Shown piece after piece: positions 1 to 10,079 of a stretch of 64,000 nucleotides of DNA. Positions within the stretch are counted from its first letter, which is position 1. Each line of letters opens with the position of its first letter. The notes beneath the pieces were generated by a model. The model worked only from the letters and a program-made list of their open reading frames with translations. It did no database searches and had not been told where the DNA came from. The stretch is from Candidatus Bathyarchaeota archaeon (GTDB lineage Archaea; Thermoproteota; Bathyarchaeia; Bathyarchaeales; Bathycorpusculaceae), in contig OY970340.1 in the NCBI GenBank assembly GCA_963717465.1, forward strand, positions 512,001 through 576,000, written 5' to 3'. The position numbers were made by a program, and so were the translations under genes.

Positions 1-870
1 TTCGCTCTTTACTTCTTGTATAGCTTGCCTATTGTTAGCTGGCTTTTTGCCAAAGAAAAGTTTACCAAATACTTCAACAGACCAAGCATCTATGGGGAAC
101 CCACCGTGTGGATTTATTATATCAGCGGAATAATCACCGATTCCCGGTAATTCCAGAAGCTTCAGCTTAGCTTCCTGTGGACTTAGCGTCTCCAATTCTT
201 GTAATGTTGGGAAATTTTCTTTAACGAGTTTCTCTGAGAGCTTGATGATGCGTTTTGCTCTGTAGCCGACCTTGCACGTTTTTGCGAACGCTGAAGGATT
301 GAGGCTTGCGAATCGTTGCGGTATTGGCCAGGCGTGAACTACTTTTCCATCGAACTCTGCAGCCTCTCCATAGTTTCTGATTACGCAATCCATCATTTCG
401 TTACTTCGCTTAAGTGGAGCCATCTGAAGAAGTATCGCCAGAACTGCATCTGGAAACACGTTGTCTCCCATCAGAGTGCTATGCATGCCATCTAAATCAG
501 AGATTACATACTTGAGAATCGAATCCTTCTGTGCAAGCGCGTAGAACTCCCGCAGATCATCATCCGCTCCAAGACAATGAATTAACGACTTCTCTATTTT
601 ATCGAGCCGACCATTCTCAAGCTTGCTTTTAAGAAACATTCTAACAATTATCCGTGGATTCCTAGTTGTACCTTTCGAGTCAAGTTTCAATCCAATCAGT
701 CTGCGATCAAGATAAAGAGAAGTCCAAAGCGTCTCTTCATCGTAAATCTCTAGAGGTGTGAATAGCGACCAGCCAGCAGGCTTTCTAACTGTTAGATGGA
801 AGTTGTACGGTGGAATGGGTTTAATCTCGAAATCTGATGAGTAATTAAGCTTAACCACAGGCTTATCCAC
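1..870 (-). CDS. HhH-GPD family DNA glycosylase (AlkA/Ogg-like); runs off the window edge
   Basis: My own translation from GTG at 870 is open to base 1 (absent from the ORF track because there is no stop). It contains 'VGYRAKRI', the HhH motif 'LLELPGIGDYSAD' and 'FPIDAW'. Confidence 0.85.
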   Translation of the reverse strand, partial: MDKPVVKLNYSSDFEIKPIPPYNFHLTVRKPAGWSLFTPLEIYDEETLWTSLYLDRRLIGLKLDSKGTTRNPRIIVRMFLKSKLENGRLDKIEKSLIHCLGADDDLREFYALAQKDSILKYVISDLDGMHSTLMGDNVFPDAVLAILLQMAPLKRSNEMMDCVIRNYGEAAEFDGKVVHAWPIPQRFASLNPSAFAKTCKVGYRAKRIIKLSEKLVKENFPTLQELETLSPQEAKLKLLELPGIGDYSADIINPHGGFPIDAWSVEVFGKLFFGKKPANNRQAIQEVKSE

Positions 871-1321
871 TGAAAAATTTTTAAGGATCCGCTAAAAGGG
901 CCTGATAATTTCTTAGTTTATGTCCATTGTCCATGTCAATTTATGATTTATAAACGATATTTAAAGTTAGCATCCAACATGGACCCTCGGTTTTGGGCTG
1001 TTCTGGTGCCCCTGTGGGATTTACGGCTTAAACTGTTTGCTTAAGGTTTTTCCCGCTGGGCAATATTACTGATTTATAAATTGCCGTAAGCTATTGAGGG
1101 ATAGTACTTTTCAAGAGGTATCTTGTCAAAATTCTTTTATAAATTTCTAATATTGTTTTTTAATTGGAGTGTAAAAATATAAGCCAAGTGGCTTACTACA
1201 AACCTTTCGCAGCATGTGTTCTCTCTTTGATTGGAGGCATTTCGGCTTTTGCGAATATCCATACTTCGCAAACTATTTCACAACAGTCTTCTTCATCGAA
1301 CATTGATAGAGGTGAAACTAC

Positions 1322-1570
1322 ATGATAAGAGTCGGAACCGTTTCATTGTCTGCTATCTACATAGCATTATATATTGCAGCATTCGTTGGCGCAGTGGGAC
1401 CTTGGCTGATGACACCAGTTGGCAGCTTAGCAGCATGGACACTTCTGCAGATTATTGGCACCATCTTGTTTTTCACGGTCGGTTTAATCGGTGCTATTTA
1501 CGCAGCGGATGCGTTGGTAAAAGCAGTTAGAGAAGCGGAACCTAAACCAACTAAACCGAATCCGCCATAA
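1322..1570 (+). CDS. small membrane protein (2 predicted TM helices)
   Basis: 82-aa hydrophobic ORF preceded by GAGGTGA (SD-like), with a Pro/Lys-rich tail. Confidence 0.6.
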   Translation: MIRVGTVSLSAIYIALYIAAFVGAVGPWLMTPVGSLAAWTLLQIIGTILFFTVGLIGAIYAADALVKAVREAEPKPTKPNPP

Positions 1571-1633
1571 TACCGAAAAACAAATCAAAAAGTAAAAGTG
1601 GCGGGTCCGCTGCCTAGTTGACAGGAAAATGAG

Positions 1634-2008
1634 TTAGACGACAAATTCGACTCCTTTTAGTCCTTTAAATGACTTATCTCCGGTTAGAAACTTGATCTTA
1701 AATTTAACGGCGAGATAGTACCCAAGGGCATCAGCGTAAGACAGGTTATAGCCCTTTTTCTTTAGTCTCAACCGAAGCCTCATTGAGCCCTCGACATCTG
1801 TTAAACCAAAATCACTGGTATATTTAGCAAAAACCTTCAGTACTTGAGAGGCAGCTTCCAACCCATGAACTTCAAGAGTGCGATAATATATCTCCATTAA
1901 ATTTAGTTTTGTTAAGTAACCATCGTTTTCTTCGAAGAATGACCGATAGTTTTGATTATCGCTTAGATAAGCGATAACGGCGTAGCTATCATAGAAGTAT
2001 TTTGCCAT
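1634..2008 (-). CDS. vapC: PIN-domain toxin (VapC family)
   Basis: 124 aa with PIN acidic motifs 'YFYDSY', 'LMEI', 'SYADAL', 'LTGDKSF'; directly downstream of an AbrB-fold gene. Confidence 0.85.
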   Translation of the reverse strand: MAKYFYDSYAVIAYLSDNQNYRSFFEENDGYLTKLNLMEIYYRTLEVHGLEAASQVLKVFAKYTSDFGLTDVEGSMRLRLRLKKKGYNLSYADALGYYLAVKFKIKFLTGDKSFKGLKGVEFVV

Positions 2009-2017
2009 TCTCTCACA

Positions 2018-2224
2018 TCATTCCCAACCATGTTTCATTTCTTCTTTTTCATGTTGCAGATCCTTGAACGGGTATTTTCCGCGCAGTTGGCGCACGTCAA
2101 ATACTTTTCGCACTGTTACCTCGACTTCTTCTCCTTCCCTGAGACCCTCTTCCGCGACTAATTTTTTCGGAAGTACAACGCCCACTGAATTTCCCCAGCG
2201 CTTAACTTTTGCCTTAATTATCAT
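2018..2224 (-). CDS. AbrB/MazE-family antitoxin (VapB-like)
   Basis: From ATG 2224: 'MIIKAKVKRWGNSVGVVLPK...GEEVEV', the swapped-hairpin signature. The longer ORF-track start at 2362 overlaps the tRNA and is rejected. Confidence 0.85.
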   Translation of the reverse strand: MIIKAKVKRWGNSVGVVLPKKLVAEEGLREGEEVEVTVRKVFDVRQLRGKYPFKDLQHEKEEMKHGWE

Positions 2225-2242
2225 AGTTAGACATGTATAACT
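2225..2242. promoter_or_regulatory. near-perfect 18-bp palindrome, probable TA autoregulatory operator
   Basis: AGTTAGACATGTATAACT (one mismatched pair) abuts the antitoxin ATG. A TATA-like TTTTAA lies about 26-31 nt upstream of the ATG on the minus strand. Confidence 0.6.
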
Positions 2243-2306
2243 GCTGGAATTAAAACGTTGCGAAAGCAAAAAGCAACACGTACAAACACCGCAAACAGAA
2301 GTTTGG

Positions 2307-2385
2307 TGGCGGGCCCGCTGGGATTTGAACCCAGGACCTCCGGCTCCGCAGGCCGGTGTCATAATCCGTACTAGACGACAGGCCC
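2307..2385 (-). tRNA. tRNA-Arg (anticodon GCG), intron-less, CCA encoded
   Basis: Minus strand reads GGGCCTG...CCGGC-CTGCGGA-GCCGG...GGTTCAAATCC...CGGGCCC-G-CCA; acceptor, anticodon and T arms all pair. Confidence 0.95.
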
Positions 2386-2505
2386 AGTCAACAGGCTATG
2401 CCCAAAGAATTGGGGCAGAATAGTAAAAGATTGCTGAAACTTAAAATTAGTGGTAGGAAGCTACTTTTTACTGTATTTCTGTTCTCTTTCCGGCTAAGTC
2501 AAGAG

Positions 2506-4107
2506 CTAACTTTTGATTAGTGCTCTCTGTAGAGCGGCAATTACGTTTTGTTTGCCCATTGCTAAAACGTATGGTCCAAGCCGTGGTCCTTGTTGCGCGC
2601 CCATCAGTATTGTGTATAGTGTTTTGAAGAAGTCGCCGGGTTTTATGTTGTTGTTTTTTGCTGTGTTGAAGACGGCGTTTTGGATTTTGTCCGGGTCATT
2701 TTCAGCTTCGAGTAATGGGATGAGTTCTAGTATGGCTTTTCTCTCTTCAGGCTTGAGTTCAATGGTTGTTTCTTTGATTTCTTCGAAATCGTTTGACCAG
2801 TTTTGAGCGTATTTTACTCGTTTTTCCAGCTCGGCATCAATTGCTTGGGTTTTCTGCAAGTAGCCGTAGCTTCTTAGCTTCTCGGTTAGGAACTCGTATA
2901 CGCTGTCTTTTGGAGCCATTTTGACCAGAAAAGCCATCAGGTTATAAGGCACATGAACGCTAGGCTTAGCGGGTGGTTTCATGACCCAGCAGTACTCGTA
3001 TAAGCCTTTGAGTTTTACGAAGTCGCGTTCGCCGACTTTTTTCTTGCCAAAGTATACATCCTCAATGTAATCAAGCTCATTCATGTAAGCTGGAATATCT
3101 GAAACATCCAGTGTGCGTGTGCCAACAAACCGCTTGAGCATAAGCAGCAAGAGCGACTGCGGCGAGCCATAGTTGAACCAGACTTGCGGCGTGAAAACGT
3201 TGCCGGCTGATTTGGAAATTTTTTTGCCACCCTTATCTAGAAACATCTCATATTTCGCGTGTGATGGCGGTTCGAAACCTAACACTTCTGCGCAGATGCG
3301 GTCGTTAATTTTTACTGAGTCAGCGATGTCTTTGCCGTAGGCTTCAAAACGGATGTCTAAGGCTTTCCAGCGTGCTGCAAACTCGCCCTTCCACGTAAGT
3401 TTGCCTTCGCCCTTCTTAATATCAGCCTCACCCTCAAAGCCACAGCCTTGGATTAGTTTGCCCCTGATTTCCAAGCCTTCACATTTGTAATGAACTTTGT
3501 CAGTTTTAGGGTCAAACGAGTAAGCTCGTGTGGTGTAGATGCGGCCGCATTTCTCGCAGACCGCAAAGTACGGCAACACTTCCGTGTAAGTGTCTTGACC
3601 AACTTCCTCTTTAACGATTTGACCCACATTCTTAGCATTCAAGAGGAGCGTGCGAGTTTCATTGAGGAGTAAGCCTTTTTCATAAACTTCTTTTGCAGAG
3701 TAATACTTGTATTGAATCCCGCATTTATCAAGTGCTTCTAAAAGCAGCATACTCATGTGCTTGCCGTAGCTTTCGTGACAACCAAACGGGTCAGGGATGC
3801 TACTGACTGGGTATCCAAGGTACTTCTCCATATCCTTTGAAAGCCCAGCGGGAACTTTCCGCAAACCATCTTTATCATCACAGTAAGCAACCAGCTCCGA
3901 ATTGAAGCCTAACCCCTGCAATGCGAGAGTTACTGCGTATGAGCGGGAAGCATCTCCTAGACTGCCGATGTGAGGAAAACCTGAGGCGCCAAGACCCATC
4001 TCGGTCCTAATTTTACTCGTGTTTCGGCCAAGTTGTTGTTCTCGTTCGATTACTTTTTTAGCCATCATGTCGTACCATGTGCCGTGACCGATAGTCTCTT
4101 CACTCAT
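2506..4107 (-). CDS. lysS: class I lysyl-tRNA synthetase
   Basis: HIGH-like 'SGFPHIGS', KMSKS-like 'KISKSAGN', 'FEAYGKD', C-terminal 'GPRLG'. Confidence 0.95.
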   Translation of the reverse strand: MSEETIGHGTWYDMMAKKVIEREQQLGRNTSKIRTEMGLGASGFPHIGSLGDASRSYAVTLALQGLGFNSELVAYCDDKDGLRKVPAGLSKDMEKYLGYPVSSIPDPFGCHESYGKHMSMLLLEALDKCGIQYKYYSAKEVYEKGLLLNETRTLLLNAKNVGQIVKEEVGQDTYTEVLPYFAVCEKCGRIYTTRAYSFDPKTDKVHYKCEGLEIRGKLIQGCGFEGEADIKKGEGKLTWKGEFAARWKALDIRFEAYGKDIADSVKINDRICAEVLGFEPPSHAKYEMFLDKGGKKISKSAGNVFTPQVWFNYGSPQSLLLLMLKRFVGTRTLDVSDIPAYMNELDYIEDVYFGKKKVGERDFVKLKGLYEYCWVMKPPAKPSVHVPYNLMAFLVKMAPKDSVYEFLTEKLRSYGYLQKTQAIDAELEKRVKYAQNWSNDFEEIKETTIELKPEERKAILELIPLLEAENDPDKIQNAVFNTAKNNNIKPGDFFKTLYTILMGAQQGPRLGPYVLAMGKQNVIAALQRALIKS

Positions 4108-4171
4108 AATTGTAACCTACCAAAACAAGTGACTGCGCAGGGGTATAAAAAAATGTTTAGAGCCTAAAAGC

Positions 4172-4522
4172 TCATTCAATTTTTTTGCCGTGGTGAAGCG
4201 CTGTGACTATCGCGAGTAGACCAAACAGTAGTACGAGTATTGCGATTGAGTATATCCAGTTGTAGGCGAATACGAACCATGCTCCGCCTATTCCGATTAA
4301 GCACAGACTTAACTGAACATAGCTGAAAGCGGGTCGAGAGTACTTTTCAGGGTTTGCCCGTTGCAGGTCTGCTAAAACAAGCAACCAAACACCGAATAAC
4401 AATAGACAAAAAGGCACTGTGCTGTACCATGAGATTATTGAGCTTGCGCCTAAGATGATTGCTGCGAAAATTATGATTAAGAAGACGCCGATGGTTAAGA
4501 TTTGACGATCAGTATTAGCCAT
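4172..4522 (-). CDS. small 4-TM membrane protein
   Basis: 116-aa hydrophobic ORF, last gene of a tight three-gene operon. Confidence 0.7.
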   Translation of the reverse strand: MANTDRQILTIGVFLIIIFAAIILGASSIISWYSTVPFCLLLFGVWLLVLADLQRANPEKYSRPAFSYVQLSLCLIGIGGAWFVFAYNWIYSIAILVLLFGLLAIVTALHHGKKIE

Positions 4523-4534
4523 TTTTTGCCTGCC

Positions 4535-5515
4535 TTAACTTATTTGTTGACCGCAATCAGGACAAAACTTTGAGTTAGAAGGGATATGTTTGCCGCATTT
4601 TGGACAAGTAATAGTTGCCTCTGATGGCGGTGTAAGGCTTGTTCCACATTCAGGACAGAACTTGCTGGTAGCTGGAATCTTGGCGTTGCACTTTGGACAA
4701 ATAACTAGCGGTGCTGAGGGTGCTTGCTGAACATTGCCGTACTGTCCCATTATTTGCGGTATAAGCACTGCTCCTGTAGCTATAGCTGCGCCACCGCCTC
4801 CTGATTTTCCTAGCGATTCAGCCGCGCTCTTCATGGTTTCCATGCGTAAGACTTCTTCAGGAGCGGTCTTTCCTGTTTTAAGCCAGAATAATCTTTCACG
4901 ATACTCCGGCGTAGTATCCATGCCGCCGAACCGCAAGTCAGTTAATTCTATGCCTACACGCTTAAAGTAATCGGCCACGCTGTTTTTGACAATAATCGAG
5001 GTTTCGTCAAGCCGAGTAAAAACTGTGACCAAATCATAGTGTGAAAGTTCATTGATTATTTTTTCGTTAAGGAAACTCCGCAAGTAATTGTCTACTTCTT
5101 CAGTCGTGTAAATCTTTTGACCGCCAACTACCTCGTTAACGAACAAGGAGGCATTTTCAATCTTGAACCAGAATTGCCCAAAGACTTTTAGCGGTGCAAG
5201 CTCAGTGGTCTGTGCCTGGGTCCCCCATTTTCCATCAAAAATTCTTGTGCTAATGTAGAGCACCATAGCTGTGAATGGCTTGTTACTGCCAAATCCAGCA
5301 AGATGCGTCAGCAAACTTGTCATCAAAGGCAAATTCAAGGTCGTCAGAGTGTGTCTTCCAGGACCGAAAACATCGTAGGCTTTTCCATCCCTAAAGAAGA
5401 CTGCAAATTCGTACTCGTGCACTATTAATTGTGCACCCCAAGTGATGTCTTCGTTTGGGTATCTCCATATAATATCGCTTTGACCAGCATTTTGCCATTC
5501 GATTACTTGCGGCAT
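4535..5515 (-). CDS. SPFH/Band-7 domain protein with C-terminal double zinc ribbons
   Basis: 'IIWRYP...QLIVHEYEFAVFFRDGK...FGPGRHTLTT' (YdjI-like SPFH) plus four CxxC motifs. Confidence 0.85.
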   Translation of the reverse strand: MPQVIEWQNAGQSDIIWRYPNEDITWGAQLIVHEYEFAVFFRDGKAYDVFGPGRHTLTTLNLPLMTSLLTHLAGFGSNKPFTAMVLYISTRIFDGKWGTQAQTTELAPLKVFGQFWFKIENASLFVNEVVGGQKIYTTEEVDNYLRSFLNEKIINELSHYDLVTVFTRLDETSIIVKNSVADYFKRVGIELTDLRFGGMDTTPEYRERLFWLKTGKTAPEEVLRMETMKSAAESLGKSGGGGAAIATGAVLIPQIMGQYGNVQQAPSAPLVICPKCNAKIPATSKFCPECGTSLTPPSEATITCPKCGKHIPSNSKFCPDCGQQIS

Positions 5516-5516
5516 A

Positions 5517-6053
5517 TCAATTCACTCCCAATATTACTTCGCTTCTTTTATCAAACGTATCCTCAAATGCATCAACTTTATCAGTTATAGCCTGAATTTG
5601 AGCCTTGAGGTTTGAGGTGTCTCCGCTTAGAAGTTTAGTTTTCAAGGCGTCCACATCAGCGCTTATACCGTTAACGCCATCGACAAGTTGATTGTCAAAA
5701 GTTATCATTTTATCCAGGTTTTCCTCTTTTACTTTCACCACGTCGAAAAGTCCAGAATACCCGTACGAGGCAAACTTTACTTTTCCTGTTATGCGATCCA
5801 TTTTCGCCGTTAACCTGTCCATGTCGGATAACACGTCCATGTAACGTTTATCCGTTATCTTCTGAAAAATATTCTTAACGTTGTCTTCTATCTGTGAAAG
5901 CTTCGACGTAAGATGATTTCTGATCAGTTTATCTGATTCTCTACGAAGTTCCTTTTCCTTATATCCTCTAAATCCCGGAATTGCAGCTTCCAAGCGTTCG
6001 GAAAGCCTCATTTGGCTTTTCGCTTGACTATACACATCATTATTCTCACTCAT
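5517..6053 (-). CDS. conserved alpha-helical hypothetical protein
   Basis: 178 aa, 'IPGFRGYKEKELRRESDKLIR', helical/coiled-coil pattern; 1-nt gap to the SPFH gene. Confidence 0.75.
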   Translation of the reverse strand: MSENNDVYSQAKSQMRLSERLEAAIPGFRGYKEKELRRESDKLIRNHLTSKLSQIEDNVKNIFQKITDKRYMDVLSDMDRLTAKMDRITGKVKFASYGYSGLFDVVKVKEENLDKMITFDNQLVDGVNGISADVDALKTKLLSGDTSNLKAQIQAITDKVDAFEDTFDKRSEVILGVN

Positions 6054-6171
6054 TTCACAATTCCCCTTGCTATTGACTCCGCTATAGAAAAAAAGCTTGC
6101 TTTTAAAGTTTATTAAACATAATTGAATCTTGAAAGGCGAATATCACTCAACGATTTCCCAAGCGAATGCC

Positions 6172-7557
6172 TCAATTAGTCTTCAGTTTTTCTCTTTTCA
6201 GTATTTCTCTGGCCACTATGACGCCTGAGGCTGAAGCTTGAACTAGGCCTCGTGTTACTCCTGCACCGTCGCCTATAGTGAACATGTTCTGGATCTTCGT
6301 TTCCAACGTGTTGGTTAACTGTAAGTGTGAAGAGTAGAATTTTACTTCTATGCCATACAGAAGGGTGTCTCGCGAATGGACCCCTGGAGCTATCACATCT
6401 AAGGCTTGAAGCATTTCCCGTATGTCAGATAAGTAACGGTAGGGTAGAACGAAGCTTAAATCTCCAGGCGTCGCGTTCTTCAAAGTCGGTTCAACCACGC
6501 TTCGGCTAAGACGCTCAGGCGTTGAACGACGTCCACTGACTAAGTCGCCTAAACGCTGCACCATAACTCCGCCGCTGAGAAGATTCGAAAGTCGGGCAAC
6601 GTATTTCCCGTAAGCAATCGGCTCCTTGAAAGGTTCAGTAAACGAAGTGCTAACAAGTATTGCAAAGTTTGTATTTTCAGTTCTCCGCTCAGCGTAACTT
6701 CCACCGTTAACAGTTAAAACTCCATCGTAAGATTCAGTGGTGACTTCACCGTAAGGCGAAACACAAAACGTTCTAATCTGGTCATCAAAAAGCTTCGAGT
6801 AATAAACAAGCTTTGGTTCATAAAGGGCTTTAGTTAAATTCTCCATAACAGAGGCTAAAACTTCAACTCTTACGCCAATGTCAACTGGGTTGTTAACGGT
6901 TTTTAATCCGCGAACTTGAGCTTCAGTTTGAAGCCACTCTGCACCACTTCTGCCAGGAGCAATAATCACGTATTTACCGTGAATTTTTTCCCCGCTTGCG
7001 GTTTCAACACCCTTGATTAAGTGGTTTTCAGCGATTAGTCCTTTGATGTCTGTTTTCGGCTGAAAAGTTATTCTTCCGTTTAATTCTTTGCGCATCTGTC
7101 TGAGCGTTTCAAGGCATTTGTCTGTGCCCATGTGCCGAACTTCTTGCCGTATAAGTTTTAAGCCGGCAAGTGATGCTTGACGTTCAATTTCGTCAACTTT
7201 TTCAGCGTCTCCACCGTAAACAGTTTCGCTTGCACCAAATTTCAGGTAGACGTTATCAACGTGTTTTACAAGAGCTTGAAGTTCTTTACTTGAAACGTAC
7301 TGATTTAGCCAGCCACCTACTTCTGTTGATAGCGTCAATTTTCCATCACTGTAAGCGCCTGCACCTCCCCACCCTGAAAGAACAGAGCATGGCTCACAAT
7401 GAACACATTCGAAACCTCTGCTCGAGGGGCACTTGCGCTTGTCTATATCTAAGCCCCTATCAAGGATTAACACGTTCAAATTTGTTTTTTCTGTTAGCTC
7501 TAATGCTGAGAAGATACCAGCTGGTCCAGCGCCCACGATTATTACGTCGTACTTCAA
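6172..7557 (-). CDS. FAD-dependent oxidoreductase (uncharacterised family, COG2509-like)
   Basis: Rossmann 'IIVGAGPAG', 'GWGGAGAYSDGKL', C-terminal 'IGDGAGVTRG', Cys cluster 'CPS...CVHCEPC'. Confidence 0.85.
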   Translation of the reverse strand: MKYDVIIVGAGPAGIFSALELTEKTNLNVLILDRGLDIDKRKCPSSRGFECVHCEPCSVLSGWGGAGAYSDGKLTLSTEVGGWLNQYVSSKELQALVKHVDNVYLKFGASETVYGGDAEKVDEIERQASLAGLKLIRQEVRHMGTDKCLETLRQMRKELNGRITFQPKTDIKGLIAENHLIKGVETASGEKIHGKYVIIAPGRSGAEWLQTEAQVRGLKTVNNPVDIGVRVEVLASVMENLTKALYEPKLVYYSKLFDDQIRTFCVSPYGEVTTESYDGVLTVNGGSYAERRTENTNFAILVSTSFTEPFKEPIAYGKYVARLSNLLSGGVMVQRLGDLVSGRRSTPERLSRSVVEPTLKNATPGDLSFVLPYRYLSDIREMLQALDVIAPGVHSRDTLLYGIEVKFYSSHLQLTNTLETKIQNMFTIGDGAGVTRGLVQASASGVIVAREILKREKLKTN

Positions 7558-7717
7558 GACCTCTAATCCCCTTGGAACCCAGAGTTACATGCAACTAGTG
7601 CCATATATTTGTTAAGTCAAGTTTTAGCTTGCAAAACTAGATAATCAACTAACCGAAAAAATTATCTTTCCATGATATGTCTAAAAACATTTAAAGCCAC
7701 GCAAAAAACCAAGTAAA

Positions 7718-7970
7718 ATGAAACGAATGACAAACCTACACAAAAACGAGGACGCAGAAGAATCCATTTCGGACTTTTCACGCTTTTACACACTCACGAT
7801 ACTTTATGAAGGCCCCACACGGTACAGCATAATCAACAGGTTCAAAAAAAGAGTAAAAAAAAAGAAGCCCAAGCTTAGTCTACCCGTTCCTGCAGCAGCT
7901 TGAAGAGAAGGATTAGTTAAACACAAAGATGAACTTGTGGGCAAGAAAAAAATAAAAGAGTTTTAATTAA
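7718..7970 (+). pseudogene. degenerate PadR-family regulator
   Basis: Across frames it reads 'SDFSRFYTLTILYEGPT..YSIINRF...SLVYPFLQQLEE.GLVKH', a PadR pattern broken by indels and small deletions. Confidence 0.65.
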
Positions 7971-7986
7971 CCAGAGAAGACCTGAG

Positions 7987-8703
7987 TTACCCATATCGTT
8001 TTTGGACAAGATAATAATAAACTAGAGCGCAAAGAAACGTTAAGAATCCAACGCCTAAAACTAGAGTCGCATAAGGGGTTGTTTGAATTAGCATTGTTCC
8101 AAGCGGCTGTGCAAAAATTACTGCTAAGGCAGCTGCGACTGATAAACCAGCTGAAATTATTAGAATGATTAGCAGATAAGAGAAACTGCCAGTAATCGTC
8201 CTTGTGACTTCAAGCGAGTCTCCGCCTCTTGATAACAATTCTTTTCGTGTGTTTTTTGTGTTTGATATAAATTTCAGAGTGATTGTGCAACTGAATATTG
8301 CAACTCCAATAATTGCTATTTGAATAAAAGATAAGTCCTGTGGTAAAGTTGGCATTCGGATTGGCAATCCAAGCAGCGAAGGAAGTTGCCAAAACCAACT
8401 TGAAGTGGAAAATGGTAGAATTGCGGGAATTAACGGGAGAAAAACGAGAAATTCAAGCCATTTGATTTTTTGGGGTTTGATGAAATAAATTAAAAAGGCT
8501 ATTAGCTCAAACAATAAAAACCATAACGGAATAATCAGCTGGCTTAAACTCGCAAGGTAGGGCACAATCATCAAAGAATTATAAATATAAATAATTATGG
8601 TTTGACCAATGCTTGTTTGAAAAAAACTCCAGAAGGAGACAGCAACCATCAAAATAATCGTCATTGCTGCTGCCAAATTTAAAGAGGTAAAGTCAAGTTT
8701 CAT
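7987..8703 (-). CDS. multi-pass membrane protein
   Basis: 238-aa hydrophobic ORF overlapping the DUF58 stop (ATGA). Confidence 0.75.
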   Translation of the reverse strand: MKLDFTSLNLAAAMTIILMVAVSFWSFFQTSIGQTIIIYIYNSLMIVPYLASLSQLIIPLWFLLFELIAFLIYFIKPQKIKWLEFLVFLPLIPAILPFSTSSWFWQLPSLLGLPIRMPTLPQDLSFIQIAIIGVAIFSCTITLKFISNTKNTRKELLSRGGDSLEVTRTITGSFSYLLIILIISAGLSVAAALAVIFAQPLGTMLIQTTPYATLVLGVGFLTFLCALVYYYLVQKRYG

Positions 8704-10079
8704 CGACTCTTGACCTCCGCAAGAAACACATGTAACAAAGACCGCTCAGTCGGATCCCAAGCTAAAACCATTGCTCCTGCTTCACGCAATCGGCTTTCAA
8801 TCTGGTAATCTTTGCATTGCAGAATGCCCGCGCTATACTTTTCTTGTTGAGTTTTAGCGGCAAAAAAATGACTTTTTACGTTTAATACTAAAATGGAAGA
8901 CTTTACCCAAGATTTATTGTATTTTTTAAGTTCTTTTATGCCGTCTAACAGATCGTTTGTTTTATTCTCACTTAAAGCAGTGATAATTATACTCAAAGGT
9001 GAATTGCCAACCAGATACGAGCGGCACATCTGGACTGATCTCCGCAAAGATTCAGCCTCAGCCATTTCTACTCCTAAGAGTTCTTTTGAAATCTTGAAAC
9101 GTTGTTTTCGCCCGATGTCAGGGAGAATTGTCCGTGGTTTTTTACTGTAAATGTAGACGCCTACAAAGCATTCCCGTTCCAGGTAATATTGTGATAAAGA
9201 GTTTACTGCAGCTATCGCGTTTTCGAAAGCGTTGCTTATGACTGAACCTTGTGACCCCATGGATTTTGAGCCATCCATGAATATCCAGACAAATTTTTTG
9301 CCTTCTTTTTCAAACTCGTTGACGAAAGGCTGCAGGAAGAGACCGTTGGATCTTTGAGCAGTGACTTTCCAGTTTATGTTTTTGTAGGGGTCACCAGGTG
9401 AGTACTCGCGAATTTCTTTAAAATCGGTTGTAGTTATGCCAGATTTTGCGAGTGAGCCTAGCGGAAGAGGAAGCCTTGAAAGTGTCTTAGTGTTTCTTAT
9501 TCGCCTTAGAGGAACTGTTCTTAATTGAACTATTAGTTCTTTTTTATCTCTACATTTCCCCACAACCGTCTGCCTTAGTCTTAAGGCATGACGAAACTCC
9601 CAATCGAGCTCCTCAAAACAGTAAACACCTCTTTTTGTACATTTAACCGCGTAACGAAAAGTATCCTTTTTAGGCTTGAATCCCTTCCAGAGAATCTTAA
9701 AGTTTGAGCCTTCAACGATCTCGAAATGTTTTGGAATTACATCTCGCAAAATAAGAAAACCGCTACCATCATTCACAGTAACATCGGTTTCAATTTCAAT
9801 GGTTTCACCCGTGTAGCAGCTCGATTTAATATCATGCCTTTTTATCTGAATCGATGTAGGCTGACTTAGAAGAAAACCTGAAACAACCAAGAATAATGGA
9901 ACCAAGCTGATGTAAATAAGCACTGGATTTTCCAGAAATAGACCAGCAATTAGAATACTTGCAAAGGCTGACAAATACTCTAAGGTGTCCTTAGTCAAGA
10001 TTTTTTTTGCAGAACCTTTTTCGCTTATTTCAGGTTTTGCATCTGCAATAGAGTTAATGTTTCCAGTTGACTTTGCCAA
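8700..10079 (-). CDS. DUF58 (VWA-like) protein
   Basis: 'DFKEIREYSPGDPYKNINWKVTA', 'KRGVY', 'FMDGSKSM'; adjacent to MoxR. Confidence 0.9.
   Translation of the reverse strand: MAKSTGNINSIADAKPEISEKGSAKKILTKDTLEYLSAFASILIAGLFLENPVLIYISLVPLFLVVSGFLLSQPTSIQIKRHDIKSSCYTGETIEIETDVTVNDGSGFLILRDVIPKHFEIVEGSNFKILWKGFKPKKDTFRYAVKCTKRGVYCFEELDWEFRHALRLRQTVVGKCRDKKELIVQLRTVPLRRIRNTKTLSRLPLPLGSLAKSGITTTDFKEIREYSPGDPYKNINWKVTAQRSNGLFLQPFVNEFEKEGKKFVWIFMDGSKSMGSQGSVISNAFENAIAAVNSLSQYYLERECFVGVYIYSKKPRTILPDIGRKQRFKISKELLGVEMAEAESLRRSVQMCRSYLVGNSPLSIIITALSENKTNDLLDGIKELKKYNKSWVKSSILVLNVKSHFFAAKTQQEKYSAGILQCKDYQIESRLREAGAMVLAWDPTERSLLHVFLAEVKSR

Noticed and set aside
2225..2362. N-terminal extension of the antitoxin ORF (114 aa in the track)
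   Set aside because: It overlaps the tRNA-Arg gene and the operator; the AbrB fold begins at ATG 2224.
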